Shown here one piece after another: positions 1 through 13,140 of a stretch of 64,000 nt of DNA (within the stretch, counting starts at the first letter, position 1; each line of letters begins with the position of its first letter). The position numbers were made by a program, and so were the translations under genes. Source of the DNA: Sphyrna mokarran (lineage: Eukaryota); assembly GCA_024679065.1 (NCBI GenBank), contig JAGIQG010000005.1, forward strand, positions 102,362,001 through 102,426,000. The letters are read 5' to 3'. The notes below the pieces were generated by a model. The model searched no databases. It saw nothing but the letters and a program-made list of their open reading frames with translations, and had not been told where the DNA came from.

Positions 1-165
1 ATGAACGTAACCCGCACAGTCTTTAGACTGTGGGAGGAAACCAGCACACTCAGAGGAAATACATGCAGACACAAAAAGAATGTGCAAACTCCACACAGGC
101 TGTGTTCCAAGCCGGGAATCAAACCCAAGGAGCTGTGCAGCAGCAGTGCTAACCACTGTGCTACT
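1..165 (-). mobile_element. HE1-like tRNA-derived SINE (partial)
   Basis: ggactgtgggaggaaacc...gcagcagtgctaaccactgtgc is the reverse complement of the SINE head seen repeatedly in the window. Confidence 0.8.
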
Positions 166-229
166 GTAATAGGGTGAATATGTGGGGTAATTGGGATAGG
201 GCCTGGGTAAGGTTCTCTGTTGGAGAGTT

Positions 230-1950
230 GGTGTTTTCTAATTTCTTAATATTTAGGAAATACTCTGCATGTATATCCCTTCTACCAAAGTGGATTATAT
301 CACACTTTCTCCATTATATTCCATCTGTCATATTTTGCCCATTCTTTCCAAATCTTTCTGTATAAGTTAATATCTTTCTCACACTATCCATAGCAACCTA
401 TCTTTGTATTATCCATAAACATGAAAATATTACATTTGGTACCATGTTCAGATCATTGATATCTCATTATTACTTCAGTGACCAATCATATTTCTTTCCA
501 ATTTGGGCCATCCATGTGGTGTTTTAGCTAAATATTTTATTTTTGGAAGACTATAGAAGCTTTTTGTCCACTTTTGTTTCTTGCTAGATTGTATTCATGT
601 TCTGCACTTTCTTTATCAGATTCTTGGCCACTTTGTTTTTTTTTAAAAAAAAACTCCCAATCTTCAGGATTACTACCATTTCTGGCAACTTTACAAACCT
701 TTTCTTTTAATTTTAACAAGCCTTAACTTCTTCTGTCAGCCATGGTTGACTGGCTTTTTTTGGGCTTTGTATAGGTGTTGGCTGTATGCTTTATAGTAGC
801 TATTTGGAAACTATCGCCTCTGCAGTCATACCCTTTAATGTATTTTTCTGATCCACCTCATGCCTTCATGATTTCCTTTATTCAAAGTTAACACAATGGG
901 TCCGATTTTACTATTTGGAGTCTAAGGGCTGGATCCAAGCATAATACAGATCCCAGCCTGAAATGCCCTTTGCAGCGCACCTATGTACTTTTTACCAGCT
1001 CCAGTCCGATTCACGCTGTGGGTGGGGCTTAGCGCTGCCAGAACCATCGGAGCTCTGAACTGCACATGCGCAGTTCGAAAAATATTTGAAAAAGCTCACC
1101 CAGGCAGGAAAAAAAACAGTAAGAGTGGCTCTCTAACTCTGGGGGAGCAGGAGGAGGAGGCAGGTCAGAGCATCCTCGGGGATGGGGGAGGCAAGAGGCT
1201 GATTGTTGTCTGTGGGGGGGAGGCCAATCACTCACTTATGGCAGGGGGAAGGGTGAGGGGAAGCGGATGGATCTCGGTGGGGGGGGAGGCAGAGGCGTCC
1301 ACTGCCACTCTGCAGGCGATCCCTCCTCCAGAACAAATCCGTCCTCCTCCCTTACTACTGCACTGATCCCATCCCCTATTATCAGCACAACTTCACCTTC
1401 TGTCCTTTCCTAAATGCTGAATATTCTTGAATATTCAATTTTCCACCATGTTTCAATAATGGCAATTATATTATCCCATTTATCTCAATTTGAGCCTTTA
1501 GTTCATCTATTAGTTGTAAATGCTGATACTTTCATGTAGACCACTCTCAACTTTGTCTTTTTGATACCATTCTGTATTCAATGCATACTTGGGTGTTTTG
1601 CTTGTCTGTCCTACTTTCTAGTCTCATTACTACTTCCTGTTATAAACTCTACTTCCTTCCAATTAGGGCACCCTTAGACTCCCATCACAGGCAAGGTAAT
1701 TTAATTTCACCCTAACAGGACTAGTAAATTTCCCTGCGAGTATATCAGTGTCAGCTCCATTGAGATATAACCCATTGAGTTTAACAGGTCCTACCTGCCT
1801 AGAACCAGTCCCAATGTCTCAGATATCTGATATCCTCTCTTCACGTCTTTTCTCCAGCCACAAAATCAATTGACAAAATCTTCCATTATTATGCTCACTA
1901 GTATGTGAATTGGGAATAATCCTGACATTACTGCTCTCGAGAAGAAAATC
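230..1950 (-). mobile_element. Decayed CR1 LINE fragments interrupted by a GC-rich insertion (~900-1375)
   Basis: Resembles the CR1 at 33-36 kb, e.g. agaaccagtcccaatgtctc at ~1800 vs agaaccaatcctaatgcctc at ~35655. Confidence 0.55.
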
Positions 1951-2109
1951 TACAATCTCTAGCCTACATGGCTCCAAGCCCGCAGAAATGGGCTTGGGAT
2001 TGCAGGTAGAAGTGGGAACATCAAGGCAGCGCGGGCTCGTTGGGCCGAAGGGTCTGTTTCCCATGCTGTTTTGTTCTTTGTTCTAAGTATGGTTGACTCA
2101 AGAGAAAAG

Positions 2110-2430
2110 CATCATGGTGACAGAATGGTTAGCACTGGTGTCTCACAGTTTCAGGGGCCTGGGTTCAATCCCAGCCTTGGGTATTGTCTATATGGAGTTT
2201 GCATACTGTCCCTGCTTGGACTTCCTCCCACAGTCTAAATATGTGCAGGTTGGATGGCTTGGTCTGGTTGAATTGCCCCTTAAGTGTCTCAAGATACGTC
2301 GGCTAGATGGATTAGCCATTGTAGATATGTGGGATGGAGGAGAGAGCCTCAATCGGGTGCTCTGTCAGAGTCAGTGCAAACTCGATGGGCGGAATGACTT
2401 CCTTCTACACTATAGGGATTCCATGATTCT
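2110..2430 (+). mobile_element. HE1-like SINE
   Basis: tggttagcact (A-box-like), gggttcaatccc (B-box), tail tatagggattccatgattct. Confidence 0.8.
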
Positions 2431-4599
2431 TAACCTTCCATTAAAATAAATTAGCAAACTATTGTTTATTGAACATAGTTTGAGTTTCTTCTGAGTTAAA
2501 CCTTTTCATGAATATATACAAAGGTTTGATGTCAGTGGGATAAAGATCGCTGTTTTGGAACTTTTGTGCATGCCGTGGGTCTAAATCTCTCAAAATCAAA
2601 TCACCACAAACTGCTGGACAATTTATACTACTCCAACATGAGACTCATAAAAATACCCTTGTTATTTCCAATATTAAAATCAAATTAAACTCACCCAAAA
2701 AGGTAAAGCTAAAATTTTACAGCCTAAGTATTGTTTTATTAATGTGATAATGTGACAATCACTGCCCCAGAAAGAGAACATTTTAAATTGTTGGATCTCA
2801 TTGCAACTTGTATTTTCCAGATATTTAAATATTTTAATTTTCATATATTTTCTTACTTTTCCTTTTTTCTCTTCCTTGTAATCCAATATTCCATCTCTTT
2901 ATTTACCTGATTTGACTGAAATTTTCTCACTCTATTTCATCTTCCCTGTGGTTCCTGTTCATTATTGTTTAAATTTCTGCTTGGCAAAAATGCTGCTGAT
3001 CCTGTTTTTTACTAAGGTTCAAATGTCCCTGTATCCTCCATGCTGTATCAGCTCATTGGCATTAAATTCACAAAGTTTGCAGCAGCATACAGCGGAAAAC
3101 AATTCCAGCTGGTGATAACTAATGGTGCATACCATGAGATGCCCCTGATTATACAGTTGTCTGACTATACACTTCTAAAGCAGTTTGTGTCATTTTACTA
3201 AATTAAAGGCAATATATGAAGGCCAATTGCTATTGATGATTTTCTCAGACATCTATTCAAATGTTAAATTAAGTTTAACAAGACATAATTGTGTAGCACA
3301 TCTCGTGCAAAGAAGTCCTGAAGGAAGCAAACCTTTTAAATGCTGATCCTTCACAAATGGCTTGAAATATTTATTGCTGCTTTCTCACTGTTCTGTTTGA
3401 TCTAAGTTCTTCCGTCATTTTGTGTTTTACCATCCTTAAAGAAATCTTTGTTTAATAGTTAAAATTGTAGAAAAGTTGGGCTGTGTTTTTGAAACTGTAA
3501 CCGTATCACAGTGCTGGGCCATTGTATTTACCAATATTGGATAGGTTGCATTGCCGACTGTGAACTGTGTTGTTACAATATAAACACAATAGCTTGTGTT
3601 GTTGATCAGTCATTATTCAGCATTTAGTAGAACATACATGTTACTTTAATTGCTTTTTTACTACCACTTCCACTAGGATAATGTTGGTAACATTAGCTTG
3701 ACAGAATCTACAAAACGCCTCAATAACCTGCCCAATTGCTTTAATAGTTAACAATATTTGTCTTAGAGATGCAGCAACAGAATAAAAGTATTTCTTAAAA
3801 ATTAAACATCTTAACTCACAGATTTCTTGTCATGTCTTTTGGTTCCCAGACTCTAAAAGAAATCACACTTCTGACAGAATTCAAAAACTTCCATCATGTA
3901 TAATTTCTCACATAGGTTCATGTGTGGTGTAAAAGTACAATGTTTGGCATCACACAGTTGTGCAATAATGAATAATATAGATTAGGCATATGAATAAAAC
4001 AATGTAGATCTCAAATAATTTTGGAATGATACAAATCTTTTCTTTTTTGAAAAATGTAAAGCCTCTTTCTATCACCATAACTTTTCCGATCATTAACTTT
4101 TTTTACTTTCTATTATTTTTATTAGTTTTTTGGGGTTATTTTAATATTTTGGCCTTCTTTGGATCCTATGAAACAAAATAAACTTTCAGCCCTCAACTCA
4201 ATCTTCAAGTAATTTCTTTAAGTAATAGTTCAGAGTCTTTGGGGCCCAAAATCTGTTTAATTAAAAAAAAAATCAATGATAATACCAACAGATTACCGGA
4301 CCGGATTAAAGATAATAATCCTTTAATTTAAAAAACAGGGCTATTCTGCCTATGATTGTTTCTATTTTCATAATCTATTCATATCAATCATTGCAAACAA
4401 ATCAAGCTTTATTACCAAATTTCAGAATTCATACTTGCATTTTACTTCCAACTTTGTCAGGAATCATATTGGTCTTTCCATTTTTCTTTTCATTTTTGTC
4501 TCCAATGAAACATTTTCATCCTTCAGGGTCACTTGTTGATGTATATTGATGCTTGCTCTGTCATACTTCTGTTATAAGCTGGAAGTTAATTTTTCATGC

Positions 4600-7480
4600 A
4601 TAATGAAAACCTACAATCAGACTTTTATAATTACACCCTTGTTATGCAACTTTTGAGATTTCTGCAATGAACTTTTTGTTAACTTTTGCATTAAACTTGT
4701 AATTCTGAATGCTTTCAAACTTTTTATGGCTTTGTTCAAAAATATGATTCACTACATTCCTCAGGTAATAAGATATTCTGCTATCATTTCGTGATCCCTC
4801 TCGTGATAAGTTCGTGTTCTGTACTGGCAATGTTGATCCTGATGTTTTAGGAATTATGTTTTATGTTTGTGGCATTGTACCGTTTGTTGCTGATATTGCT
4901 GGTGTTGAGCTTTTTGCTGATGTTGCTGCATCTTATCAGACCACCTGTTGCTTTGGGAACATCTGTCAAATATACCAGTCCCATTTCTAATTTGGCAGAG
5001 TTTCACTGGCGTTAAATTCACAAGGTGATGGATCTTTACACCTGATTCTTTTACCTCGTGTTTCTTATGTGGCAATAGACAAGTTGCTAGCACCATTTCT
5101 CTTCATGGCTGATACTTCTGAGTGAAAACATAATTCTGAAATCTCAGACTCAAGACTCTGAAGTCTTCTGCTGTTCTACAAATCTGTTCTACAGATTTTC
5201 CTTGCAGATCTCTTTTAATGGACGATGATGACCTATTTCTGACATATATGTATGGAATTTTTCCATACACCATTTCCTATGTTGCCATATCTGGTCTCAG
5301 ATAATGTTAGAGGCTTGGATGTGAATGCTGTCAGCTTTCCCTCTCAGACCAGTCACTCCCACTTCTTTCATGTAAGTATTTACTGCAATGACAATTTCCT
5401 CTCAGTTGTAACATACTTGTCTCCTTGCATACTACGAGTTTGCTGCAATTCCCCTCATGCAACTCTTATCATGGATATGCAACTTCTTCTCTCATCTGCT
5501 CTTGTAGGTTTGGGGTGTGAGCTATTAAAGTGCTCATCCGTTGAAATAAGCCAATAAAATGTCTCAGTTCTTCGCTATCCTGTAGAATCTCTATCTCAGA
5601 TTTTTTTCAGGACTCTGCTTAAGTCCATTAGATGCGTACGTCACTCCAAAGAAATGGCATTTTGTCACCTTCACAATGCAAGGCCTCATTCAGCTTGATC
5701 CCAGCTTTCCTGGTTATCTCCATGGTTTCATGTAGATAGTAGTCATGGTCTTTTTTCTATTTACATCATAGATCTAGATCACAACAACTATGCCCATTGC
5801 TTCTTTGCATCCTTTGTGTCTTTTACTGAAACACATAGTGGCTCTCTTAAAGACCAAAAGGTAAACATATGAATTTGTACTATCCAAAGGATGCGTTGAA
5901 TGTTGACAACAGTGAAAACTCCAAGTCAAGCTTCATATTCCACTAGCCACTTCTGGTATCAAGGAAGACCTTTGCCCATGCCAGTACTGGAGTGATCTTT
6001 TCCAGCGTTGTGGTTGGGTGGTGATCCTTCTTTATTGCCCAATTAAGATCTTTGAGATCCAGATTTCATAACCATTCTTTAAAATTTTCCCTTAACGACA
6101 GAATTTACCCGATCAGTAATGTCTGTGAATCTGGCATTTTATTTCCTTCTATCTCTCTGAGCTCTCTTCCAAGTTATTTTTAGCTTTGTTAGTAATTTAT
6201 TAGGGGAGGAATCACTGGTTTCTCTGGATCAATGATAATTTTCAAAGTATCCAACCATTTCAAGATACACTGGACACGTTTAGATCCAATCTTTCTTGCT
6301 TCTGATTGGAGGGCATACTACCTTCAGCCTTCAGTGATGCCTCTTCCAGCTTATGGTTTACTGAGATCAACCGCAGCTCTTCACGAACTGTTCAACCCAG
6401 GATAGCAGGACCAGTGTTTAAATGATAGAACATACAGGTTTTTTACTTTGTGTGTCCTTCTGATTTGGGCAGCTCCCAGCTATCAAATCTCAGTTCCTGT
6501 CATATGCAATTAGCATGATGATTCTTAGTTTCAGAGCAGTTTTCTTTGGATAATCATCTTTCTCTTCATTCATGGGATTAGGGCATCTATGGCTATACCC
6601 ATCCCTAATTGCCCTTCAGAAAGTTGTGGGAACTGCCTCCTCTTTCCAAGTTTCAGGCAAGATCTCTTGATATAGTCTGATCATTGTCTAGCACCAAATT
6701 CAGATTGATGGTTGTGGATTTACTTCTCACTCTCCTCTGATCTGAATGGTTGCATGAATTTCTTCTTTGGGGAACTGCTGCAACCAAACATTTAGGTGTA
6801 TGGTTTCCATAGCTATTGCATCTTCAAAGTCATTGTAATCTTCCAGGATATGGATGTTTGTTTCTTTTTTCTCGTTTGTAGTTCTGCTCTGCCTTTGATA
6901 ATTCCCTTACCTTCATTTTTCTATTTTTTATCCAATAATTGAACTTTCCACAAGCAGTTTGGTTCATAGGCAAGACATTTCTTTCTGACAGAAATTGTCA
7001 GTAGACTACTTCATTTCTGCCTCAGAGTACGAAATTTGTATTGGAGGATCTGATAGTTTGCATGTTGTCAGAATTTTACTGTCTTCCTCAATCATTTACA
7101 TCTAGTGCGAAGGGCTAACCCTTTCTTTCCTGTTCATAAAGGAAGAAGCTCATCTTTAGTTCATTGTTAGTACCCGTCAGGAACCTGTTGGATGTGAATT
7201 CGCAACTTTGGCTTGAACTTCTCCGGACATTTTCACCACACCACCAGCCTCTTCCCATTTCAGAAGGGCTGGAATTGCCCTCTTGTTACTGCAGCGGCGG
7301 CCATTTCATTTTCACACAAATAAGTTTTGTCTGAGCCTTTTCTCAGGTTGATTTTCACAATTCAGTTTGCAACTGCATCCTTTGAAAGTCTGAATGATTC
7401 TCGTACCATGTCAGGACTGATGCAACAGAACTCAAACAAAAATAAAACGCTTTTAACACCAAATCCTGATCTTTAATCGT
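4600..7480 (-). mobile_element. Decayed Gypsy/Ty3 LTR retrotransposon (gag-protease-RT-integrase fossil)
   Basis: Minus-strand degenerate motifs: RT LD.KDLN.AIKKDHHPTTTLEKITPVLA.AKVF, TFNASFG.YKFICLPFG (~5850-6090); protease-end GPAILG (~6400); CCHC-like C.AY..C..CGK.N.W (~6930-6980); integrase-like traces ~5100-5450; LTR-end/PBS-like ctgaca|tggtacgag at ~7409. Many stops and frameshifts. Confidence 0.8.
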
Positions 7481-7729
7481 GCAGTAATTTCTCGTGTAAC
7501 AGAACAATGTGTGGCCGGTGCATAGACTGCACGGAAATGAAGAATGCAGCATTATGGATAAAACAACATGGAACCCAAAATACTTTTCAATGGTACAATA
7601 TTTCTCCCGCAAAGTACGCTCTACAATTATCACACGCTAAAGAAAAACGGAAGCAGGAAGAAAAGGGAGGAGAGGGAAACAAAAGTCGTTTCCCTGCTAT
7701 TCTTTTCGCCAAATCAAATAAACTCAGAG

Positions 7730-8350
7730 GACCATTTCACCGTCCGGCTGAAGGAAACCACAGTTGGTCTCTGCGAAGCCACGCGGAACAACAATTGGCA
7801 CCAGTTCCTCGATGATTGACGGTTACGTACACCAATGAAAACTCAGAATGAGGAAACGGGGCCGGCGGGGCAGCAGACGGCGACAGGTAATTGGACAGGA
7901 TAAGAAGCGCGGGGGCGGGATTTCCGGTTCCGGGGCTTCCGTCAATAAAGAGGAAGGGGAGCTGTTTGTAAACATAGGCAGCGCGAGTGGGCGTTCGGAC
8001 ACCCCCCCCCCCCCCCCCCCCCCGACAACAACCGTTGATAACGACTGTGGCGCGCGCCGCTTCATGTGGACGGCCGCTTTACTGTAAAGCGGTGCGAGCC
8101 ACCCGGAGAGAGCGAACGAGCAAGCAAGCACGCAAGGAAGGATGCCGTTCTTAGGGCAAGATTGGCGATCCCCGGGAGGATGCTGGGTGAAATCCGAGGA
8201 TGGCTGGAAACGCTTTGAGTTTTATCGAGAGGAGGACGAGGAGGAGGAAAAGAAAGATGAAGAGGAGAGAGACAAGGAGGATAGCAGCCTCCGCCGCCGC
8301 CCGGGGAAGCAGCAGCAGCTGTATGGACAGTGAGTGCTGACAGATCCGGG
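7730..8350 (+). promoter_or_regulatory. CpG island and promoter/first exon of FBXO25
   Basis: Sharp rise in GC and CpG content in an AT-rich, CpG-depleted window. CCAAT (~7832, inverse ~7890), GC box GGGGCGGG (~7912), ETS-like TTCCGG twice (7922-7933), forkhead-like GTAAACA (7968-7974), poly-C 8002-8023. Confidence 0.85.
8142..8329 (+). CDS. FBXO25: FBXO25 coding exon 1 ([25 protein letters not shown]... plus acidic stretch)
   Basis: ATG at 8142. N-terminus [12 protein letters not shown] is diagnostic of the FBXO25/FBXO32 family. Donor CA|GTGAGT at 8330, phase 2, matching exon 2. Confidence 0.95.
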
Positions 8351-9196
8351 ACTGAACCATTAGCCATAATAAACATCGATGGAGAACAAACTTACCCACC
8401 CCATCAGAAAATTAGCCTTAAGTTGTCTTTCATTTTGCTTCTGTGTCTTGTTTTCCTGTTCGTTTTGTTTTTATGTCCTGGCAGCTTTTTCTTTTTAGTT
8501 GTGTGCTTATTTTAGTTTGGTGTTTTAACTTGTTTTCCTCTGTTATATCTTTTGGTTATGGCTGAAATTAACGCATAAACCAACGATGTGTCAAGCCCTA
8601 ATCCTGGGTGTTTAATCCCATGGGAGTTGAGCTGGATCACTAGTTTTTGCCAGCTTCAGCGATGTTGTGGATTCGCCTCCTCCACCTCCCAAAACTTAGC
8701 ACAAAGGAGCTCTGACAACTTCAGATTGGATAGATTTGTTTCTTGTAAGTGCCACAGAAGATTCTTTTTGGAAGAGACCCTCCCTTGGTTTTATTTCAAC
8801 TTTTTAATACATAGCTTACACCATGCTTGTTCTGAATCTCTCCAGTTTAACACTGATCCCCACAATATGATGGTATGCAAGATCTGATCTCTACAAGAAT
8901 TGCACCATATAATTAACACTAGCAATACTGTCTGCACACAGGTGGCTCTGACAGCTAGAGGATGAGGATTATATTGAATATGTTCTTTTTTCTGGCATCT
9001 ATGCCTTTCAGGATTCTGTCAACATTCTTGTGGAGATGCATTGAAGCCATCTTTGATAATGGACATTGAGATCCTATTGTTTTCTTTTGCCTTTGATGAT
9101 AGGTGGTAATCAAGAGGTTTCCTAGACTGTCTTTCACCAGATGCCATGAGACTTCATGGGATCCAAGTCAATATCTAAGATTCCCAGAGCTACAGG

Positions 9197-9460
9197 ATGG
9201 CACAGGGCATAGCACTGCTGCCTCATAGTGCCAGAAGCCCATGTTTGATTCTGGCCTTGGATGACCGTGCAAACTTCTCCCTGTGTCTATTCCTCTGAAT
9301 TCTCCGATTCCTCTCATAGTCCAAAGAAGTGCAGGTTAAGTGGATTGGCCATTGTGGGATTACAGGAATGGGGAGAGGGTGAGCCTGGATCAAAATGTAG
9401 ACTCAGTGGGTTAAATGGCCCCCTTCTATCAGTCTTTAGGGACTCTATGGCTCTATGATA
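9197..9460 (+). mobile_element. HE1-like SINE
   Basis: Same head and tail as the other copies. Confidence 0.75.
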
Positions 9461-12389
9461 CTCTATCCTGATCATGTACCCTAGCTGCAGTCTGGGCGTT
9501 TGTCCTGTTTCTGGGATAGACTGTACCAAGGGATAGTGCTGGAGGAGGCTGCTAATTAGTTAATGGGTATGTTTCTGTAGATGATGGAGGAGACCATAGG
9601 GAGTATCCCAGAGAGCCCCATAAAGAGAAATCCATCCTGGCATCATTCTGGATTTGTGATGGAAACTATCACATGGTCTGGTGGCATTTAAGACATTACT
9701 GAGCCATTTCATGAATATAACTGCTTGATGAAAAAGGAATTTGCGTGTATGTGCAGTGTAGAGCTTGTTTGACTCTTAAGATTCTGACTGAACTTCTAAT
9801 CTACTCTGTATATTTAAGGGATGGGGTACTGGTGGCGTGTGTGACATAAGTAGGTGGGAGGTCTTCTAATAGGTTTGCTCCTAGTTCTAGCAAAAATCAT
9901 CATCCGTGGGTCCAGGATATGCAAAATAAAGGATTTTAGGGCCTCTGGATACTTGCCCTTCTTTGGAGGACTTGCATACATGATCATGTAATGTCCTCCT
10001 TTTTATTTAAAGTATTTCATAATTGGTGAGTACCATTGGTTATGTATTAGCTATCAGAAGAGAATGCTACTCTAAAATTTGCATTTTTGTCTATTTGTTG
10101 TGAGCAAATTGTTTTGGATGATGCCTTGCTTTTGTAATAGGAGAATTGACAATTATTTTGCAGCAAATGGTAACTGTTAATTCTCTCAACACAATCCAAT
10201 GTGCTTGATTGGTTAACTGTGAGAGATTTAGTGGTCAGTTATATGTTGCAGATTGGGACATGGAAAGGAATAATTTCACAGTTACTAATTATGCAGAGTT
10301 GTTATTCGTTTTCAGTTGTTTCAAAAGCTTCATATTTTTATCATCTGAGAATGTGTAATGGAGCATTAGAAACTGAAAATTGTATATTTATTTAATGTTC
10401 TAATATGCATGGTTGATTTGTCTTGCATCCAGAGAAGGGAAGATAGGGGCCTAATAATTTTGCAATATCACAAGCTAGATTTTTACCACCAGCGGGAAAT
10501 TAATTTTTTTATTCAGTTTGCAGTATCTCTTATTGTTTAAAAGAAAGACTGTTGCGTGATGGTGACTTATTGCAGTGCTATTTACTCTACTGATATCTTT
10601 GTGAAATCTAGCCCTATGTCTCAGATTGAAAGTCCAAAGTTTTGTACAACCATGGAGCTCTTGTCCTAATTGTGAGGCTGCAAATGCTATAGTTCCCACT
10701 GATTAGGGATCTGGAATCTGTGTCCCTCAAGTTAGCAATGATCAGATGATGTAGAGCAGCATTGCAACATGTATTTAATAACTAGAAAGTTAAGTGAATT
10801 GGCACCTTTTTCTGTTTTGAAAGTATTGAAGTTTAAATAGTTTCCTGCCATGATATGAAATTAAGCTTTTTGATTCAAATAAATGCTGTAACGATCTCTC
10901 TCTCCATAATTTTCACCACTCTTTTCTGCCACCAGGATATTGATATTGGGGATTCAATAATGATAATTAATGTCATTGAATGTTAAGGTTGGTGATGGTT
11001 ATTGCTTCACACCACACAAATGCCAGGAAATGACCATCGTGCCTTAACGTTCAATAGCATTGTTATTAAAACGATATAATCCTCACAGTGTAGAATGAGG
11101 CCTTTCAGCCTATCAAGCCTATACTGATTCAAAGAGCATCTTTCCAGGTGGGTTAAGGTTGATGTTGTTACCACTGATCAGAAACTTGACTGAACAAGCC
11201 ATGAAAATATGACGGCAATAGGAACAGTTAAAGTTGGGTATTCTGATACACCACAGCTTTTAAAAGAACCTGTAAGGCCAAGTCAAGAGTGTGATGAAAT
11301 ATTCTCCACTCACTTGGATGATTTCAGCTCTAATCATACTCAGAAGCTTAATACCACCCAGGAAAAAGCAGCCCATTTATTGGTGCACAATCCATCACCT
11401 TTAAATGTTTACTACTTCTCCAATCAACACATCACAGTTACCGATTGCAATTACACTGCAAAACCTCATCAAGGCTCCTTTGACAGTACCTTTCAAATCT
11501 ATAATCTCTACCACCAATGTTAGCGCGAGTGGGCGAAACGACCACTATGGACCTAGGGTGGAGTTCAATAATGGTGCAGCTTTATTTTCTTTTGTGTCGA
11601 CAGAGGTGCAGTCAGGACATACAATCGAACTGTCCCGAAAGCACGCTAAAGACCCATCAAAATGAGCTATAGTTATACCCAAACTTCAATGTAGCATGCG
11701 ATTCAAATGTTAATGCTTTATTTACATTTGATTTTGGTCATCCTGTCTCGATGTTTTCAAGTGATTGTTTTAAGTGTGTGCTAATCATTTTTTGTCTGAT
11801 TGGTTATCAATGGTCTGGAATCTCCGGGCTTGAACAATAGGTATGCAATTGTTTGAGGGGCCAGGGATGCTTCCTGAGCTATGCTAATCTTGAGGTGTCT
11901 CCGTAGTTTGTCTCACTAGTTTAGAGGTGCTGATTTAGTGGGGTGGGGAGGTGTACTTTTTAATTTAGCTCTTAAGGGTGCCTTCCTGACCAGCTTCTCC
12001 TGTGTGCTCGCCCTCATTTGCATTCTAAACGCATGCTCCTGCCTTCTACTGTGCGTCTGATTTTGTGATTTTTTTTAGTGAAGGGGCTCTGAGTGTGGTT
12101 TTAGTCTGCTTCCATATTGTGTGCCCAATATCATTAAAAGTTGTTGTCCGATAACACCAAGATGGACAAAGGCAGCAGGTGCAACAGTAACACCACCACT
12201 CCAACGTCATTGAGACATTTGTCATTGTTGCACCATTTCCAAATCGTAATCCAGGAGATGATAGGGTAGTAGTAATATGGTTAGACTAATAATCCAATGG
12301 TCTAGGCTAATGCTTTGATGACATGGCAGATGGTTGAATTTAAATCCAGTTAATCAATTTGGAAAACTTTTCATTATAACTTTTCAGAT

Positions 12390-13140
12390 ACTGAAGCAGT
12401 CCAGTCGAAATGCAATAAGGCCTGGACAATATCCAGGTTTGGGCTGATAAATGGCAAGTAACTTACATACCACACAAGTGTCAGGCAGTGACTGTCTCCA
12501 ACAAGGGAGGATCTAACCATTGCTCCTTGACATTCAATGGCATTACCATTGTTGAATCTCTCTTTATCAACATCCTGGGGGCTCCCATTGATCAGAAACT
12601 GAACTGGACTAGCCATATGAATCCTGTGGCAAGTAACTTGCCTGTCCACCATCCACAAGACAGAAGTCAGGAGTGTGTGTATTGGAATAGTCCACTTACC
12701 TAGTTGGGTGCAGCTCCAACAGAAATTCAATATCATTCAGAAGAAAACAGCCCACTTGATTGCTAGCTCTTTCACAAACATCCAATCCCTTTATCACTGA
12801 CAAACAGTGGCAACATCCAATTAAAGACGCACTCCAAGAACTCACCTTGGTGTTCATTAGTCAACACCTTCCAAATCCATAACCACTACCATCTAGAAGG
12901 ACAAGAACAGCATATACCTGGAATGCCAGATCTGGAAGTTTCCCCACAAAGCCACTCATCATCCTGACTTTGAAATATATCGCCATTCCTTCACTGTCAA
13001 TGGGTCAGAATCCTGAAACTCCCTCCCTCACAGCACCATGAATTGCAGTGGTTTGAGAAGGCTGCTTGCCACCATCTTTGAAGGGCAACTAGAAATGGAG
13101 AATAAATGCTGTTCTGGCTAGGGACACCCACATCCTATAA
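12390..13140 (+). mobile_element. CR1/L2-clade LINE 3' fragment
   Basis: Degenerate RT C-terminus (...INILGAPIDQKLNWTSHMN) and tail aataaatgct...cccacatcc. A related fragment lies at 10950-11560. Confidence 0.7.

Noticed and set aside
983-1366. 127-aa GC-rich ORF as a gene or second CpG-island promoter
   Set aside because: It lies in a transposon-like insertion within CR1 fragments and has no recognisable protein or splice structure.
7355-8515. Cluster of overlapping ORFs on both strands around the promoter
   Set aside because: Expected from high GC content and simple repeats. Only the frame starting at 8142 matches a known protein.
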